From positions 1,237 to 65,236 of the IMG/VR virus record IMGVR_UViG_3300009514_000018: DNA of 64,000 nt, one strand, 5' to 3'. Positions 47,253 to 57,152 of this stretch are shown here, one piece after another. A model generated the notes under the pieces. It made no database searches, had not been told where the DNA came from, and worked only from the letters and a program-made list of their open reading frames with translations. How positions within the stretch are numbered: the first letter of the stretch is position 1; the number at the start of each line of letters is the position of its first letter. A program made the translations under genes and the position numbers. Origin of the DNA: a virus.

Positions 47253-50200
47253 TTACTCACGGAGCATGTTCAATGAGCACAAGAGGAATATAATCCTCTT
47301 GCTGCAGAAGTCCACCGATGCCAAGCCGATCCCCGTCGTAGATGCTGACACTAACGACGGCCAGTACATGAAGGTCGCCTTCATACGGCGAGCCCTTCAG
47401 GTCGCCTTCGGGAACGGGTCTCCTGACGCGATCGGCTTCAGGATCTCTCGAGCTAGCTCCACCATCAACAACTTCCAGGTGGATGGCGGGGAGGATACCA
47501 TTGAGAGTTCCGGGCGCTACTACGTGGGAGGTTACCCCTGTCTTAACGAAGACGATGTGGACTATACCTCCGGCGATGTGGGGACCCCGTCGGCACCTGG
47601 GGATGCTAGCCGGATCCACCATGTCAGCACAGCGGTTACCGTCGATACCCTCCAGGATACAGCGGGGTGCTTTGGTCCTGGTGAGCTGGTGGATCGTTTC
47701 TTGGTCCCCAATATCGATCCTGCGGCAGGGGCTTTGCCTTACCAGATCGTGGCCAACACCGCTGACACTATCACGGTCAACCTTGGCGGCAACCCCAACA
47801 TGGATACCGTTGCTTCGGCTGGGGATTACTACAGGATCAACCTGCTGACCCCAACCGGTGGTGACAGGAGAGATTTCGTCTGGCTTGACGCTTACATCGA
47901 CGAGATCGATGTGGTCGATGACCCAACCTTGAACCACAACATTGGCTCTCCCCCTAGTGGCGCCATCGAGGCTTGCCGAAGGGGAAGGCTGATCCAGAGG
48001 GTCTTCGTCAATGAGAGAGGGGATGGGCTCGATATCAAGCTCCAGGCTCTCACCGCGGATGCGGATGCAGGGGCCACGGTTCTTAACGTGACCTCTGGTA
48101 CTCCCTTCGCCAGCGACAAGGTTCTCCTGCTGGGGTGTGGTCGGAACGAGGAGAGGGTCTACGTCCAGTCGGTGGGCGTGAACACCATCACCCTCGCCGA
48201 ACCACTCGAGTGGGATCACTTCTTTGGTGACTGGATTCACCAGGTCTCCGTGCTCGACTCCGACCTCAACCGGCACTACTTCAGCCTCCTGGCTGTCGTT
48301 GATCGCCTTGACACCAACGTCAACATCACCTCGGCCATGATCACGGACTACCGGGAGCAGCACTGGGGCTCTTCGGCTGAGGTCCGGGATCTGAGGAGGG
48401 TGATAGGGGGGTCGGCAGCTGATGCGTTCACTGCCATGCAGCATGTGGTCACCCTGGGAACAGGAGTTGGCTCCTCCATAGGTGACTTTAACGTGGTGGA
48501 CTTTCCCACTGCGGAGGCCTGCTTCAACGCTGCCATCGATTCCCTCACCAGCGGAGGGGTGGTTTGGATCAAGCCTGGAACTTACACGCTGTCCAGCGGG
48601 CCTATCTTGCTAGATGACGACAACGTCCAACTCGTCGCCCAGTCCAGGATGGTTAGGATCGATGGGGCTGCTGGGAATGAGACCATTCTGGTCACAGCCG
48701 ACCGCAGTGGGATCATCAACGGCAGAATCGTTCCATCGGTAGGACAGCCAGGTATCCTCATCGAGGACATCTCCGATCTGACAATCGAGAATATCCGTGG
48801 TGATGGTACCAACGCTCCTGCGGCTCACATCAAGGTGAACAACATCTACACCCCCAACAAGGTGAAGATCAAGGGCTGCAACTTTGACAACGGTACCAAT
48901 GGTTCCGCTTACTACATCGAGTTGGAGCGGACCACCGAGTTCGCTATCGATCACTGTACCTTCAGTAATGCCGGAGGTAGCTCTTCCATCAGCATCTCCA
49001 ACGGATCTACTGTAGGCAGAGTCCGGGGTTGCGTCGTAGACAGTGGTGATTATGGTATTCACCTGAACAACGCTGCTGGGGCAGCCTGCTCCAAGATCCG
49101 AGTGCTGGACTGTGTCTTCACTGGTTTGAGCAGCCCGAGCATCTACGTGGATTCGGCTCCAGGGGCCACGGAGCTGGTCTTCCGGGGTCTCATCATCAGG
49201 ACTAGCACTGGCATCTTCATCAGCGAGGGGAATGGCATCGATATCTCCGCGATTTCGGTGATCAACCCCGTGAACTTCGGCTTGAAGTGTCAGGGTTCAG
49301 CTAGCCCGATCAATGTGCGGGGGCTGTGGATCGAGAACACTGGTGGAGTGGATGCTATTCAGTTCCTGGGCAATGTGGTTGTCCAGGGAAGTGATATCAA
49401 CGTCAGCACCTTCACCGGTGTCTCTGCTATCGATATCTCTGGAAATGTCATCGCCTCACTGAACAACGTTCGTTTGTCAACCGGACAGCGTGGGATTGTG
49501 GTCTCCTCGGCGGAGCCCTGTCACTTCGCTGACATTACCTGCTGGAACGTCTCGAAGCAGAGCATCAGACTGAGCACTGATGGTCACACGGTGGAGGGCT
49601 TCATTTCCCGCGACGCAGGAAATCCGGCAGACGCCAGCCTTGCCATCGTTGAGTCAACAGGGAATGGCAATTCCCTCTCTGGTGTCAGAGTGGAGGGTTT
49701 CGAGGGAGCCACCAATGCCGTGGCAATTCAGCTCTCTGGTATCGATTGCTCTGTCAACGACTTCTTCATCTCCAACGGATCGGGGACTACTCCCCACGGT
49801 ATCCTGACTTACACTGGGACCGGAGCCAGCATCTCCAATGGCTACATAGAGGATTTGGATGGGCGAGGTATCGGAATCGGAGCTGGTGGGAACGCCAGAA
49901 TTTCTGATGTTCGTATGGCCAGTGTTGGCCAAGCCGTTGGATTCGAAGCTGTAGCCTGTGATGGCTGGACCGACATCTCCAACATCGATGCTACTGGAGG
50001 TGTAGCAGCCGCTATTCGTCTCAATGCTGGCGGCAACATTTCCGACTCGAGCTTTACCCTCCCCAACACTTCCAACCCTGTGGTGGAGATTACTGGTGCT
50101 GCGGCTCGACTCGAGAACGTGAAGGCCAGCGGCGGCGTCACCTCCTTCAAGGTGGAAGACCAGAGCGATGTCCACTTCTACAACTGCAAGGCCGCCAACT

Positions 50201-51633
50201 TCGTGAGCTACGGCTTTGTATACACAGGGGCAACCGGCATCAGGTTCAACTCCGTGGTTCGAAACTGCGAGATCCAGGGACCTGGAGCTGGAGGTCTGGC
50301 TGGCATCTTTCTCGACAACAGCTACCGGAAGAACTCCATCGTGGGTTGCTACATCGATGGCAACGCCTCCATGCAGCATGGCGTGGATGCTCTGGACTTA
50401 GAGACTCAAGTTTCTAGCTGTAAAGTCATCAATACCACCCAGCGTGGTGTCAGGGTCAGGAAGGATGACTCCACCGTATCTGACTGCGATATCCTGGTGA
50501 CTGCTTCTGGAATGGGCATTGAGGTGGGGTCGGGTTCTGGCGTAGAGCGGAACTTCATCGTGGACTCCTGCTGGGTCAACGGTGGCCTCGAGGGAGTCTG
50601 GGTTCGAGGTGAGGCCACTATCGTTACTGGTTGCCGAATCAAGGGCTTCACGAACTTCGGCATCAACATCAACATTACCAGTCCCAACAATGAGAATGTG
50701 GTAGTGGGCGACTGCTTCATCTCTTCTTCGGCCAGCGGAGTGGGTATCTTCTCCAACGCGGCTAAGACCAACATCAGCAACGTCCACATCCAGACACCGG
50801 CTCTCGGTGGTATCCAGATCCAGGGGAACTCTTCCACGGTGGAGGCCTGTACCATCGAGGCGTCCGGTGCCGAAGGTATCGAGGTCGATGGTGCCTCCTA
50901 CGTCAATGTCTCCAACTGCCTCATCAAGGACTGCGTCGATGTTGGGATTCGGGGAACCAACACCGAGCACATTGTTATAGAGGGTAACAGGATCATCATC
51001 ACTGCAGCTGTTCCAAACCCCCAGTTTGGGATTGGCCTTGTGGGCGGGAATTCCCCCATCATCGCCAAGAACCAGATCAATGGTCTGAACCAGACCACGG
51101 CGGCCAACGGCATCAATGTCTCGAACTGCACCAGGGTTATCGCGGAGCAGAACAGAATTTCTATCTGCAACTACGGCATTCACATCGATAACGGGGACTA
51201 TTCCAAGATCTCCGAGAACAACATCGATAGTGATATCGCTGGAGCGATTCGACTCGTCAACTCTGACGTGAGCATCATCAGCAAGAACCACTCAACGCAG
51301 TCGGGTGGCGACGGTATTGACGTTGACGCTTGTGGGTTCCCCACTGTCGAGGGGAACGTCGTCGTTCGGGCTACTCTTTTGGGGCTTCGTTACCGTAACG
51401 CCGTAGGTGATGGCTTCATCATCATGAGCAACAACCAGTTCCACGACAACAGTGGCAACACCATCGTCCAGGTCAACCTGGATGGGTTCCATGGCACTAT
51501 CACGGGGAACATACTTACCTACAGTGGTGGCACCAAGGGGCAGATTACCTTCACGGTTAGCAAGACTGGGTTCTATCCTCTCGACAAGACTACGGCAATC
51601 GAGGATATCGACAACCATAACTTCTCGGTCTAG
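47233..51633 (+). CDS. Main tail fibre/spike, DUF6519-like N-terminus plus long right-handed beta-helix
   Basis: GNYSRSMFN..PVVDADTND N-terminus; FNAAIDSL..GGVVWIKPGTY lead-in; about 1000 aa of beta-helix repeats. Confidence 0.85.
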   Translation: MGQFTGNYSRSMFNEHKRNIILLLQKSTDAKPIPVVDADTNDGQYMKVAFIRRALQVAFGNGSPDAIGFRISRASSTINNFQVDGGEDTIESSGRYYVGGYPCLNEDDVDYTSGDVGTPSAPGDASRIHHVSTAVTVDTLQDTAGCFGPGELVDRFLVPNIDPAAGALPYQIVANTADTITVNLGGNPNMDTVASAGDYYRINLLTPTGGDRRDFVWLDAYIDEIDVVDDPTLNHNIGSPPSGAIEACRRGRLIQRVFVNERGDGLDIKLQALTADADAGATVLNVTSGTPFASDKVLLLGCGRNEERVYVQSVGVNTITLAEPLEWDHFFGDWIHQVSVLDSDLNRHYFSLLAVVDRLDTNVNITSAMITDYREQHWGSSAEVRDLRRVIGGSAADAFTAMQHVVTLGTGVGSSIGDFNVVDFPTAEACFNAAIDSLTSGGVVWIKPGTYTLSSGPILLDDDNVQLVAQSRMVRIDGAAGNETILVTADRSGIINGRIVPSVGQPGILIEDISDLTIENIRGDGTNAPAAHIKVNNIYTPNKVKIKGCNFDNGTNGSAYYIELERTTEFAIDHCTFSNAGGSSSISISNGSTVGRVRGCVVDSGDYGIHLNNAAGAACSKIRVLDCVFTGLSSPSIYVDSAPGATELVFRGLIIRTSTGIFISEGNGIDISAISVINPVNFGLKCQGSASPINVRGLWIENTGGVDAIQFLGNVVVQGSDINVSTFTGVSAIDISGNVIASLNNVRLSTGQRGIVVSSAEPCHFADITCWNVSKQSIRLSTDGHTVEGFISRDAGNPADASLAIVESTGNGNSLSGVRVEGFEGATNAVAIQLSGIDCSVNDFFISNGSGTTPHGILTYTGTGASISNGYIEDLDGRGIGIGAGGNARISDVRMASVGQAVGFEAVACDGWTDISNIDATGGVAAAIRLNAGGNISDSSFTLPNTSNPVVEITGAAARLENVKASGGVTSFKVEDQSDVHFYNCKAANFVSYGFVYTGATGIRFNSVVRNCEIQGPGAGGLAGIFLDNSYRKNSIVGCYIDGNASMQHGVDALDLETQVSSCKVINTTQRGVRVRKDDSTVSDCDILVTASGMGIEVGSGSGVERNFIVDSCWVNGGLEGVWVRGEATIVTGCRIKGFTNFGININITSPNNENVVVGDCFISSSASGVGIFSNAAKTNISNVHIQTPALGGIQIQGNSSTVEACTIEASGAEGIEVDGASYVNVSNCLIKDCVDVGIRGTNTEHIVIEGNRIIITAAVPNPQFGIGLVGGNSPIIAKNQINGLNQTTAANGINVSNCTRVIAEQNRISICNYGIHIDNGDYSKISENNIDSDIAGAIRLVNSDVSIISKNHSTQSGGDGIDVDACGFPTVEGNVVVRATLLGLRYRNAVGDGFIIMSNNQFHDNSGNTIVQVNLDGFHGTITGNILTYSGGTKGQITFTVSKTGFYPLDKTTAIEDIDNHNFSV

Positions 51634-52268
51634 ATCTCTTCCTTGGGGGCCCAGGCAGGCATAGTCCACTTCATCAGCCAGCAGATATCCCTCAACATGG
51701 GCTCCACATAGTGGCTCCCCTTGAACCTGACCAGGCCTTCCTCGGTGATGGTGCAGAAGCCCTTCCACCAGGTCTTCTTGGGGGCGTTGGTTGTTTTGGT
51801 GACTGCTCCATCGGTGCTGAACATGTAGTTTGCTCTGACCGTTCCGTCGTCAAACCAGGCCTTGAAACAGATATGATCTGGGGTCTCCTCTGGACACCAT
51901 ATGCGGATGTGGACGAAGTCTATCTCGCATCGGAGGTACTTCTTGTTCTCGATCAGGTTGTGGTGCCGAATCCAGGTGGCAGCTTCGGAGATCAGCTCGT
52001 CGGTGGCGGTGATATGCTGCATCTGCTTGCTCACCGCCTCCATGGAGTTCACGGCGTGGGCTTTCAGGGCCCAGTTGTCTTCCGGTCCATCGCGGTAGAT
52101 GATTTCGCTGATCTTCCACCTCCCCTGGGCCAAGCTCCTGCCAACCACCCGATCACCTACCTCGAAGGGGCACTCGGTGTTGGCGATGGCCTTCTCGAGA
52201 AGATGGACTTCTACCAAGGCGTTCTCCCTTTGCTGGTGGAGCTTCTTCAACTCCTCTGCGTTACCCAT
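51630..52268 (-). CDS. Hypothetical protein
   Basis: GGAAG-rich RBS; 212 aa; last gene of the - strand arm. Confidence 0.7.
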   Translation of the reverse strand: MGNAEELKKLHQQRENALVEVHLLEKAIANTECPFEVGDRVVGRSLAQGRWKISEIIYRDGPEDNWALKAHAVNSMEAVSKQMQHITATDELISEAATWIRHHNLIENKKYLRCEIDFVHIRIWCPEETPDHICFKAWFDDGTVRANYMFSTDGAVTKTTNAPKKTWWKGFCTITEEGLVRFKGSHYVEPMLRDICWLMKWTMPAWAPKEEI

Positions 52269-52605
52269 CCTTCTTCCTTCCTTTCAGCCTGTGCATCGGG
52301 TTGGCCGACTTGATCTCGAAGCCGCCCTTCACCTTGGTGTAGATGAAGGGATCCTGAGCGAGCTTGATGATGTTCTGGTCGAGGATGTTGGATCGGCCCG
52401 TGGCAAAGGCATTGAGGTCGAAGGGGATGAAGAGCGTCTGCTCCGGGCTGTTCCGCATGTGGTAGGCCAGGGCAACGGCCATCATGAACACTTCCACCGG
52501 CTGCTCATAGACTGCAGTGGCTTTGGGATCCTTCTTGGGCCCGGGATCGGCCCTGACATCGGGCCCGAGATTAAGTTGCACTTCCTTTTTCTTCTTCTCG
52601 TTCAT
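52261..52605 (-). CDS. Hypothetical protein
   Basis: Likely start MNEKKKK at 52605 with GGAG RBS, inside tracked ORF 52261..52788. Confidence 0.65.
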   Translation of the reverse strand: MNEKKKKEVQLNLGPDVRADPGPKKDPKATAVYEQPVEVFMMAVALAYHMRNSPEQTLFIPFDLNAFATGRSNILDQNIIKLAQDPFIYTKVKGGFEIKSANPMHRLKGRKKDG

Positions 52606-53401
52606 CGTCGCTCCAATTCTGAGCCAGGATATCAGGGGTGTCCTTGCGGACTCCACAGGATACCGACTGGACGGTTGAGGTGGTATGGATGGTGTGCCTC
52701 CCGAACAACTCCCGGGCCGCTGGGACATCGGCGTTGGAGAGGAGGGCCTTGATCCCCCTTTCTCCCAGCCTGGTGAAGATCTTGGCAAGCTTCTCCTGCT
52801 CCTCTAGGGGGAAGTCTCCCTTGGTGTAAGAGGAGAAGCTATCTTCCTTCCTGGGCAGGTAGGGAGGATCGAAGTAGGCGAAGTCTCCGGGAGCAGGCTT
52901 GATGCCAGTGAAGGGGCCCGAGTTCAGCTCCACGTTCTCGAGAGCCTTGGCCACGGCATGGATGTTCTCCGGATCGCACCAGCTGGGGTTGGTGTACTTG
53001 CCGAAGGGGACGTTGAATTCGCCCTTCTTGTTGACCCTCCACAGCCCATTGTAGCAGGTCTTGTTGAGGAAGATCGTCCTGGCCGCCCACCTGATGACCC
53101 CATGTTCTTCCCTCTTCCAGCCTCGCACCTCGTAGTAGGTGTCCTTGTCATATTTGAAGAGATCACTGTTCAGAAGTTCAATGAGTTCTTCTGGCCAGTT
53201 CTTCACCGCATACCAGCACTGGACGAGGTCCGGGTTGGTGTCCGAGAGGACCGCTCTCTTGAAGCGTCCATGGAGGGCGAAGAAGACGGCTCCGCTGCCC
53301 AGGAAGGGCTCCCAGTAGGTGTCGAAAGACTTGGGGGCCTTGGAGGCGATCCACTCGGCGGAGCGTCGCTTTCCGCCCACCCACTTTAAAAAAGGGTACA
53401 T
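52571..53401 (-). CDS. dam: DNA adenine methyltransferase, D12/Dam family
   Basis: PFLKWVGGK, EPFLGSGAVFF, LSDTNPDL, NKTCYNGLWRVN..FNVPFG and YFDPPY motifs. Confidence 0.95.
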   Translation of the reverse strand: MYPFLKWVGGKRRSAEWIASKAPKSFDTYWEPFLGSGAVFFALHGRFKRAVLSDTNPDLVQCWYAVKNWPEELIELLNSDLFKYDKDTYYEVRGWKREEHGVIRWAARTIFLNKTCYNGLWRVNKKGEFNVPFGKYTNPSWCDPENIHAVAKALENVELNSGPFTGIKPAPGDFAYFDPPYLPRKEDSFSSYTKGDFPLEEQEKLAKIFTRLGERGIKALLSNADVPAARELFGRHTIHTTSTVQSVSCGVRKDTPDILAQNWSDDEREEEKGSAT

Positions 53402-53402
53402 C

Positions 53403-53648
53403 TTATGCTAAACCTTTTTCTTTTGCCCGCACCAAGATTTGATCTGCTATTTTCTTTTTACGAGGGAGATACCTCTGCGCGGAGGAATAGATAATGCGAT
53501 GAATCGTTGCGAGCTTCTTGAAGCCTGAAATTCTCAATGATCCTATTCTTGGATCTACGCGCTTTTCTAGAGATCTCGCTGGTGTCAGGGACAGTTGTGT
53601 AAGCGAGGCTAATTCTGATCGGAGTCTTTCTAAGAAGGGCTTAGCCAT
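53403..53648 (-). CDS. Small basic hypothetical protein
   Basis: GGAGG RBS before ATG at 53648; lower-GC codon usage. Confidence 0.45.
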   Translation of the reverse strand: MAKPFLERLRSELASLTQLSLTPARSLEKRVDPRIGSLRISGFKKLATIHRIIYSSAQRYLPRKKKIADQILVRAKEKGLA

Positions 53649-54129
53649 GTGGCCCTCCATAGCGGATTGTGGCTATGGCGCAGGGGAAGACCAGGAGGTG
53701 CAGGAGGCCGCCCCTTCCCCGGATCCACTTCTCGCCATCGGCCTCGTAGATGGCGCTCACCGCCTCGTCAGCCGGGGCGCTGATGTCGATCTTGATGCCC
53801 GCTCCCGACTTGAGGGCGATAGTCATCCTGGTGTACTCCTTGGTCTCGCCCCAGTTGGCGGCAGCGGAGGTCCAGTCTGCATGGCCGGTCTCAGGATCCA
53901 CGTTGTGGTCTTTGTACTGTTGCTGAATCTCGAGATCAACAGCAACGATGGCCTCCCACAGGTCCGTGAAGATAAACACGTCCTCCGATACTCGGGTAGG
54001 ATCGATGTTGGGGACGATGACGATCCTCTCTGGAGAGAACAGAATCTTACCGGGATGAGTGGTGCTCTCCACTGAGGTAGCCCTGTTCTCCCCCATGATT
54101 TGATATGCGTACTTCTTCTTCTTGCTCAT
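53641..54129 (-). CDS. Hypothetical protein
   Basis: GAGG RBS; typical codon usage; 162 aa. Confidence 0.75.
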   Translation of the reverse strand: MSKKKKYAYQIMGENRATSVESTTHPGKILFSPERIVIVPNIDPTRVSEDVFIFTDLWEAIVAVDLEIQQQYKDHNVDPETGHADWTSAAANWGETKEYTRMTIALKSGAGIKIDISAPADEAVSAIYEADGEKWIRGRGGLLHLLVFPCAIATIRYGGPHG

Positions 54130-54135
54130 GATTCC

Positions 54136-54390
54136 TCACATCGCAACGAATAGCTGCTCCACCGTTACCCCGCCTTTCAGGCAGATGATGCAGGCGAAGC
54201 CGATGATGAAGATGCCCAAGATGACCCAGTACCAGTGGGGCAGGTTCCGTGGGTGAAGTCTGGGTAGCTCTTCATAGTTGGGGTTTGGCTCCTTGCAAAG
54301 GATGCTCAGGATTGCGCGGCCCAGAAGAAATGCTCCAAGGATCCCTATGATGTTTCCTGGTACGACTAGGCTAAGATCCCATCCGCTCAT
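54136..54390 (-). CDS. Small two-transmembrane protein
   Basis: ATG at 54390 coupled to the upstream stop; two hydrophobic segments (IIGILGAFLLG.., WVILGIFIIGFACII). Confidence 0.6.
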   Translation of the reverse strand: MSGWDLSLVVPGNIIGILGAFLLGRAILSILCKEPNPNYEELPRLHPRNLPHWYWVILGIFIIGFACIICLKGGVTVEQLFVAM

Positions 54391-54725
54391 CAGTATGTGT
54401 CCTCCTTCATATCGTTGACGATCTCGTCCAGCTTCTTCTCGAAGATGGAGAGGACATCGTCCAGCTCGGCCAGGGATAGCTCTACGGCCAGGCGCTGACC
54501 CTTCCGCATCTCCTCGATGGAGTTCTCCACAGGGATCTCCACGGAGGTGGTGACCCTGATGGACTGGTAGCTCCTCGACAGGGTGGCCGTGAGGCCTCCC
54601 GTGCTCCTGGCTACCTCGCCCTTGATGACCCTGGGCTTGGAGTAGTGCCGGTGAAAGTCGGCCATGCCATTGGCCACGCTGGACTCTACCTGTGTATCCA
54701 CGGTGATGTTCTCTTTCTTGCCCAT
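54390..54725 (-). CDS. Hypothetical protein
   Basis: GAGGA RBS; 111 aa; typical codon usage. Confidence 0.75.
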   Translation of the reverse strand: MGKKENITVDTQVESSVANGMADFHRHYSKPRVIKGEVARSTGGLTATLSRSYQSIRVTTSVEIPVENSIEEMRKGQRLAVELSLAELDDVLSIFEKKLDEIVNDMKEDTY

Positions 54726-54737
54726 GTGATTCCTCCT

Positions 54738-54956
54738 CTATACCCAGCGCTTGGGCGGCTTGGGTACGTCTTTCGAGGAACAAGGCCTACCACAGGACTC
54801 CAGGTAATCCTGGATGGACTGGTGGTAGCTCGTTCCTGAAATGATTCGTTTCATCGGTTCTCCACACTCCGGGCACTCCACGGTTTCGTCTCGGTTTTTT
54901 ACGAGAATGTCCTCGGCGATGCCGTGCTCGGCGCACTCGAAGTCAAACAGTATCAT
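54738..54956 (-). CDS. FmdB-family zinc-ribbon protein
   Basis: FDFECAEHG..ECPECG..MKRIIS pattern. Confidence 0.8.
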   Translation of the reverse strand: MILFDFECAEHGIAEDILVKNRDETVECPECGEPMKRIISGTSYHQSIQDYLESCGRPCSSKDVPKPPKRWV

Positions 54957-55467
54957 CTATCACCTCCCAGTTCTCGAGTGCCCAGAAGCCGATGCAGATG
55001 GCCGCGGCCTCATCTTCGGAGCGGATCTTCTTGCCAAGCCTGTCCGAGGCCATCCACATGGAATGCTCCTTTATTTGGGGACTCGTAGCGTTGCCTATTC
55101 CCAGGATATATTTCCACTGGGAAGCAGCGACCTCCAGCACAGGGATGCGCTGTCCCCTCTCTTTCGCAAGGGCGTGGACCGCGTAGATCCAGCCCATCTT
55201 CTCACGGACCAAGGTTTCGAAGGCCTTGAAGTTGTACTTCATGAAGAGCTTCTCGATAATCACCGTCCTTGGCTGAAGCTCCCGCAGGATCTTCGAAGCT
55301 TTACAGAACAGGTCGTACTCATCGACCATGGTGAACCATCCTGAGGTATCGGGGATCCTGGAGCAGAACCTGGCATAGCCCGTGTCCTGTCCTGGATCGA
55401 TGGTTACTACGGGAAACCTTATCCTATGTACAGTCTTCTTAGTCCTGCCAGACTTTTTCTTTACCAT
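54943..55467 (-). CDS. RuvC-like Holliday junction resolvase
   Basis: VTIDPG..TGYA, VIIEK, ASQWK and DEAAAI motifs. Confidence 0.75.
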   Translation of the reverse strand: MVKKKSGRTKKTVHRIRFPVVTIDPGQDTGYARFCSRIPDTSGWFTMVDEYDLFCKASKILRELQPRTVIIEKLFMKYNFKAFETLVREKMGWIYAVHALAKERGQRIPVLEVAASQWKYILGIGNATSPQIKEHSMWMASDRLGKKIRSEDEAAAICIGFWALENWEVIDDTV

Positions 55468-55502
55468 ATTTCCAGAACTCCCTTTATTTCTTCAGGCCGT
55501 TC

Positions 55503-55820
55503 TTATGCTACCAGGTGCTCACAGAAGAAGAGCGCATGGGCGCTACAGAACCTTGGCCGCATGAAGTAAATACATGGCCCTCCGAAGCGCTTGGGGTAGG
55601 AGCATCGGGAGGGCAAGTCGTAGTCTATGTGAACGCCATCGATCTCTCCATCGGGCAGAAGGATCAGAGCCTGACCTTTCCACCGGATGCTAGGGCCGAA
55701 CTCGGTCATCACAGGACCAAGCTCCCCCTGGTCAGGGCCCGGGAGGTTTATCACAAGGGTCCTTTCGGTCATGTGATAGACCCAGCTCCACTGTAGAGCT
55801 TCTTCAAACGGCGAGAACAT
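55503..55820 (-). CDS. Hypothetical protein
   Basis: Coupled to the helicase stop; fills the operon gap. Confidence 0.5.
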   Translation of the reverse strand: MFSPFEEALQWSWVYHMTERTLVINLPGPDQGELGPVMTEFGPSIRWKGQALILLPDGEIDGVHIDYDLPSRCSYPKRFGGPCIYFMRPRFCSAHALFFCEHLVA

Positions 55821-57115
55821 CAGAGGGCGAAGACCTCCTTGATTAGATCCCGGGTGCTGTCGATGATTCGTCTCAGCTTCGCTGCCAGCATGGAGTGACG
55901 GTCTTGGAGCACGATGACGATGACGTGCTTCTTCCCCTCCACCACCCGCTGGACCCTGCCCAGGAGCTGCCTGAACTCTCTGCCCGAGTAGGAGTATACT
56001 CCTGTGACGATGAGTGTGTCCAGGTCAACTCGGTTGAAGCCCCGGCCCAGCAGGTTGGTGGCGAAGATGATCTGCTTTGAGAAGTCCCTGTCCTTCTCCT
56101 TCACCTTGGAGTGGGCGAGGGAAGACTCCAGCTTCATCTCCTGGGCCAGCCTATGGTACCACTCGGCCTGATCGATCCTCTCGCAGAGGACGAAGACCTT
56201 CCTGTCCTTGGCCGTGGCCTTCCTGATGTACTCGAAGACCAGTTTCTGCTTGGCGGGGTGCATGGAAGCCGCGGTGATCTCCCTGGCGATGGGGGCAGAG
56301 GGGTTCAGGAAGATACCAGTTGCCTTCACCCACAGGTTTGGCTTCACCGAATCGGGCATCTGGGTGTTCTCGTAGATGGGGGGACCAATGTGGAGATCCC
56401 CAAGGATGTCCATCTTGTCCTCCCTGTGCTTCGTCGCTGTCAGGCCCACCCGCTCCGTGTTGAGGGCGGGGAAGGCCTTGGAGAGCTGTACGGCGTTGGC
56501 TACGTCGATCTCGTCGTAGACGGTGACCCCGAACTGCTCGTAGAACCCCTCCGGGAGGGGATGAAGTGCGATCTGCTGGTAAGTGGTCACCGACAGGTGT
56601 TCTGCTGCCTCCCAGTTCTTGGAGGTGATCTTCTTGGCTCCGCCCTTCCCGTTGAAGACGTTGTTGAAGTACTCCACCCACTGGCCCACCAAGGTCTTCG
56701 TGGGAACCAGGACCAGAGCCCGCTGTCCTCGCTTGGCGAGGTAGAGGAGGGTGAGGATGGACTTCCCGCTCCCGCAGGGGAGGATGATGGTACCCTCCTT
56801 CTTCTCCTCGAGGACCTTGAGGGGCATGATCTGGTGGGGCCGGGGAGTCCAGGTAGTCTTGGGCCACTTCACCGGGACGGACTGGTACTCGGGCTCTTTC
56901 TCGAAGCGAGAGTTTCCGAAGTTCCGGGGCACCAGGAATACGCCCTCTCCCCGCTCCCAGGCCTGAATCAGCTGGGGAGCGTTTCCCGTTGGGTAGCCCA
57001 GTCTCTCGAGCTTGGTATGCTGGGGGTTCTTCCAGGTGAGATGTTGACGGAGCTTCTCGTAGCTCTCCGTCGTCATCTCCGCGAATGGTATCTCTTTCCA
57101 GCCCGTAGTCTTCAT
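55820..57115 (-). CDS. Superfamily 2 helicase (UvsW/XPB-like)
   Basis: ILPCGSGKS, VYDEID, GLTAT, LLGRGFN and QLLGRVQR motifs. Confidence 0.9.
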   Translation of the reverse strand: MKTTGWKEIPFAEMTTESYEKLRQHLTWKNPQHTKLERLGYPTGNAPQLIQAWERGEGVFLVPRNFGNSRFEKEPEYQSVPVKWPKTTWTPRPHQIMPLKVLEEKKEGTIILPCGSGKSILTLLYLAKRGQRALVLVPTKTLVGQWVEYFNNVFNGKGGAKKITSKNWEAAEHLSVTTYQQIALHPLPEGFYEQFGVTVYDEIDVANAVQLSKAFPALNTERVGLTATKHREDKMDILGDLHIGPPIYENTQMPDSVKPNLWVKATGIFLNPSAPIAREITAASMHPAKQKLVFEYIRKATAKDRKVFVLCERIDQAEWYHRLAQEMKLESSLAHSKVKEKDRDFSKQIIFATNLLGRGFNRVDLDTLIVTGVYSYSGREFRQLLGRVQRVVEGKKHVIVIVLQDRHSMLAAKLRRIIDSTRDLIKEVFAL

Positions 57116-57152
57116 CCCTCTCTCCTCAGACGCTGCTGATCATGTACCTATA

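Noticed and set aside
47233-51633. Diversity-generating retroelement targeting a fibre
   Set aside because: No reverse transcriptase and no template/variable repeat pair seen in the window.
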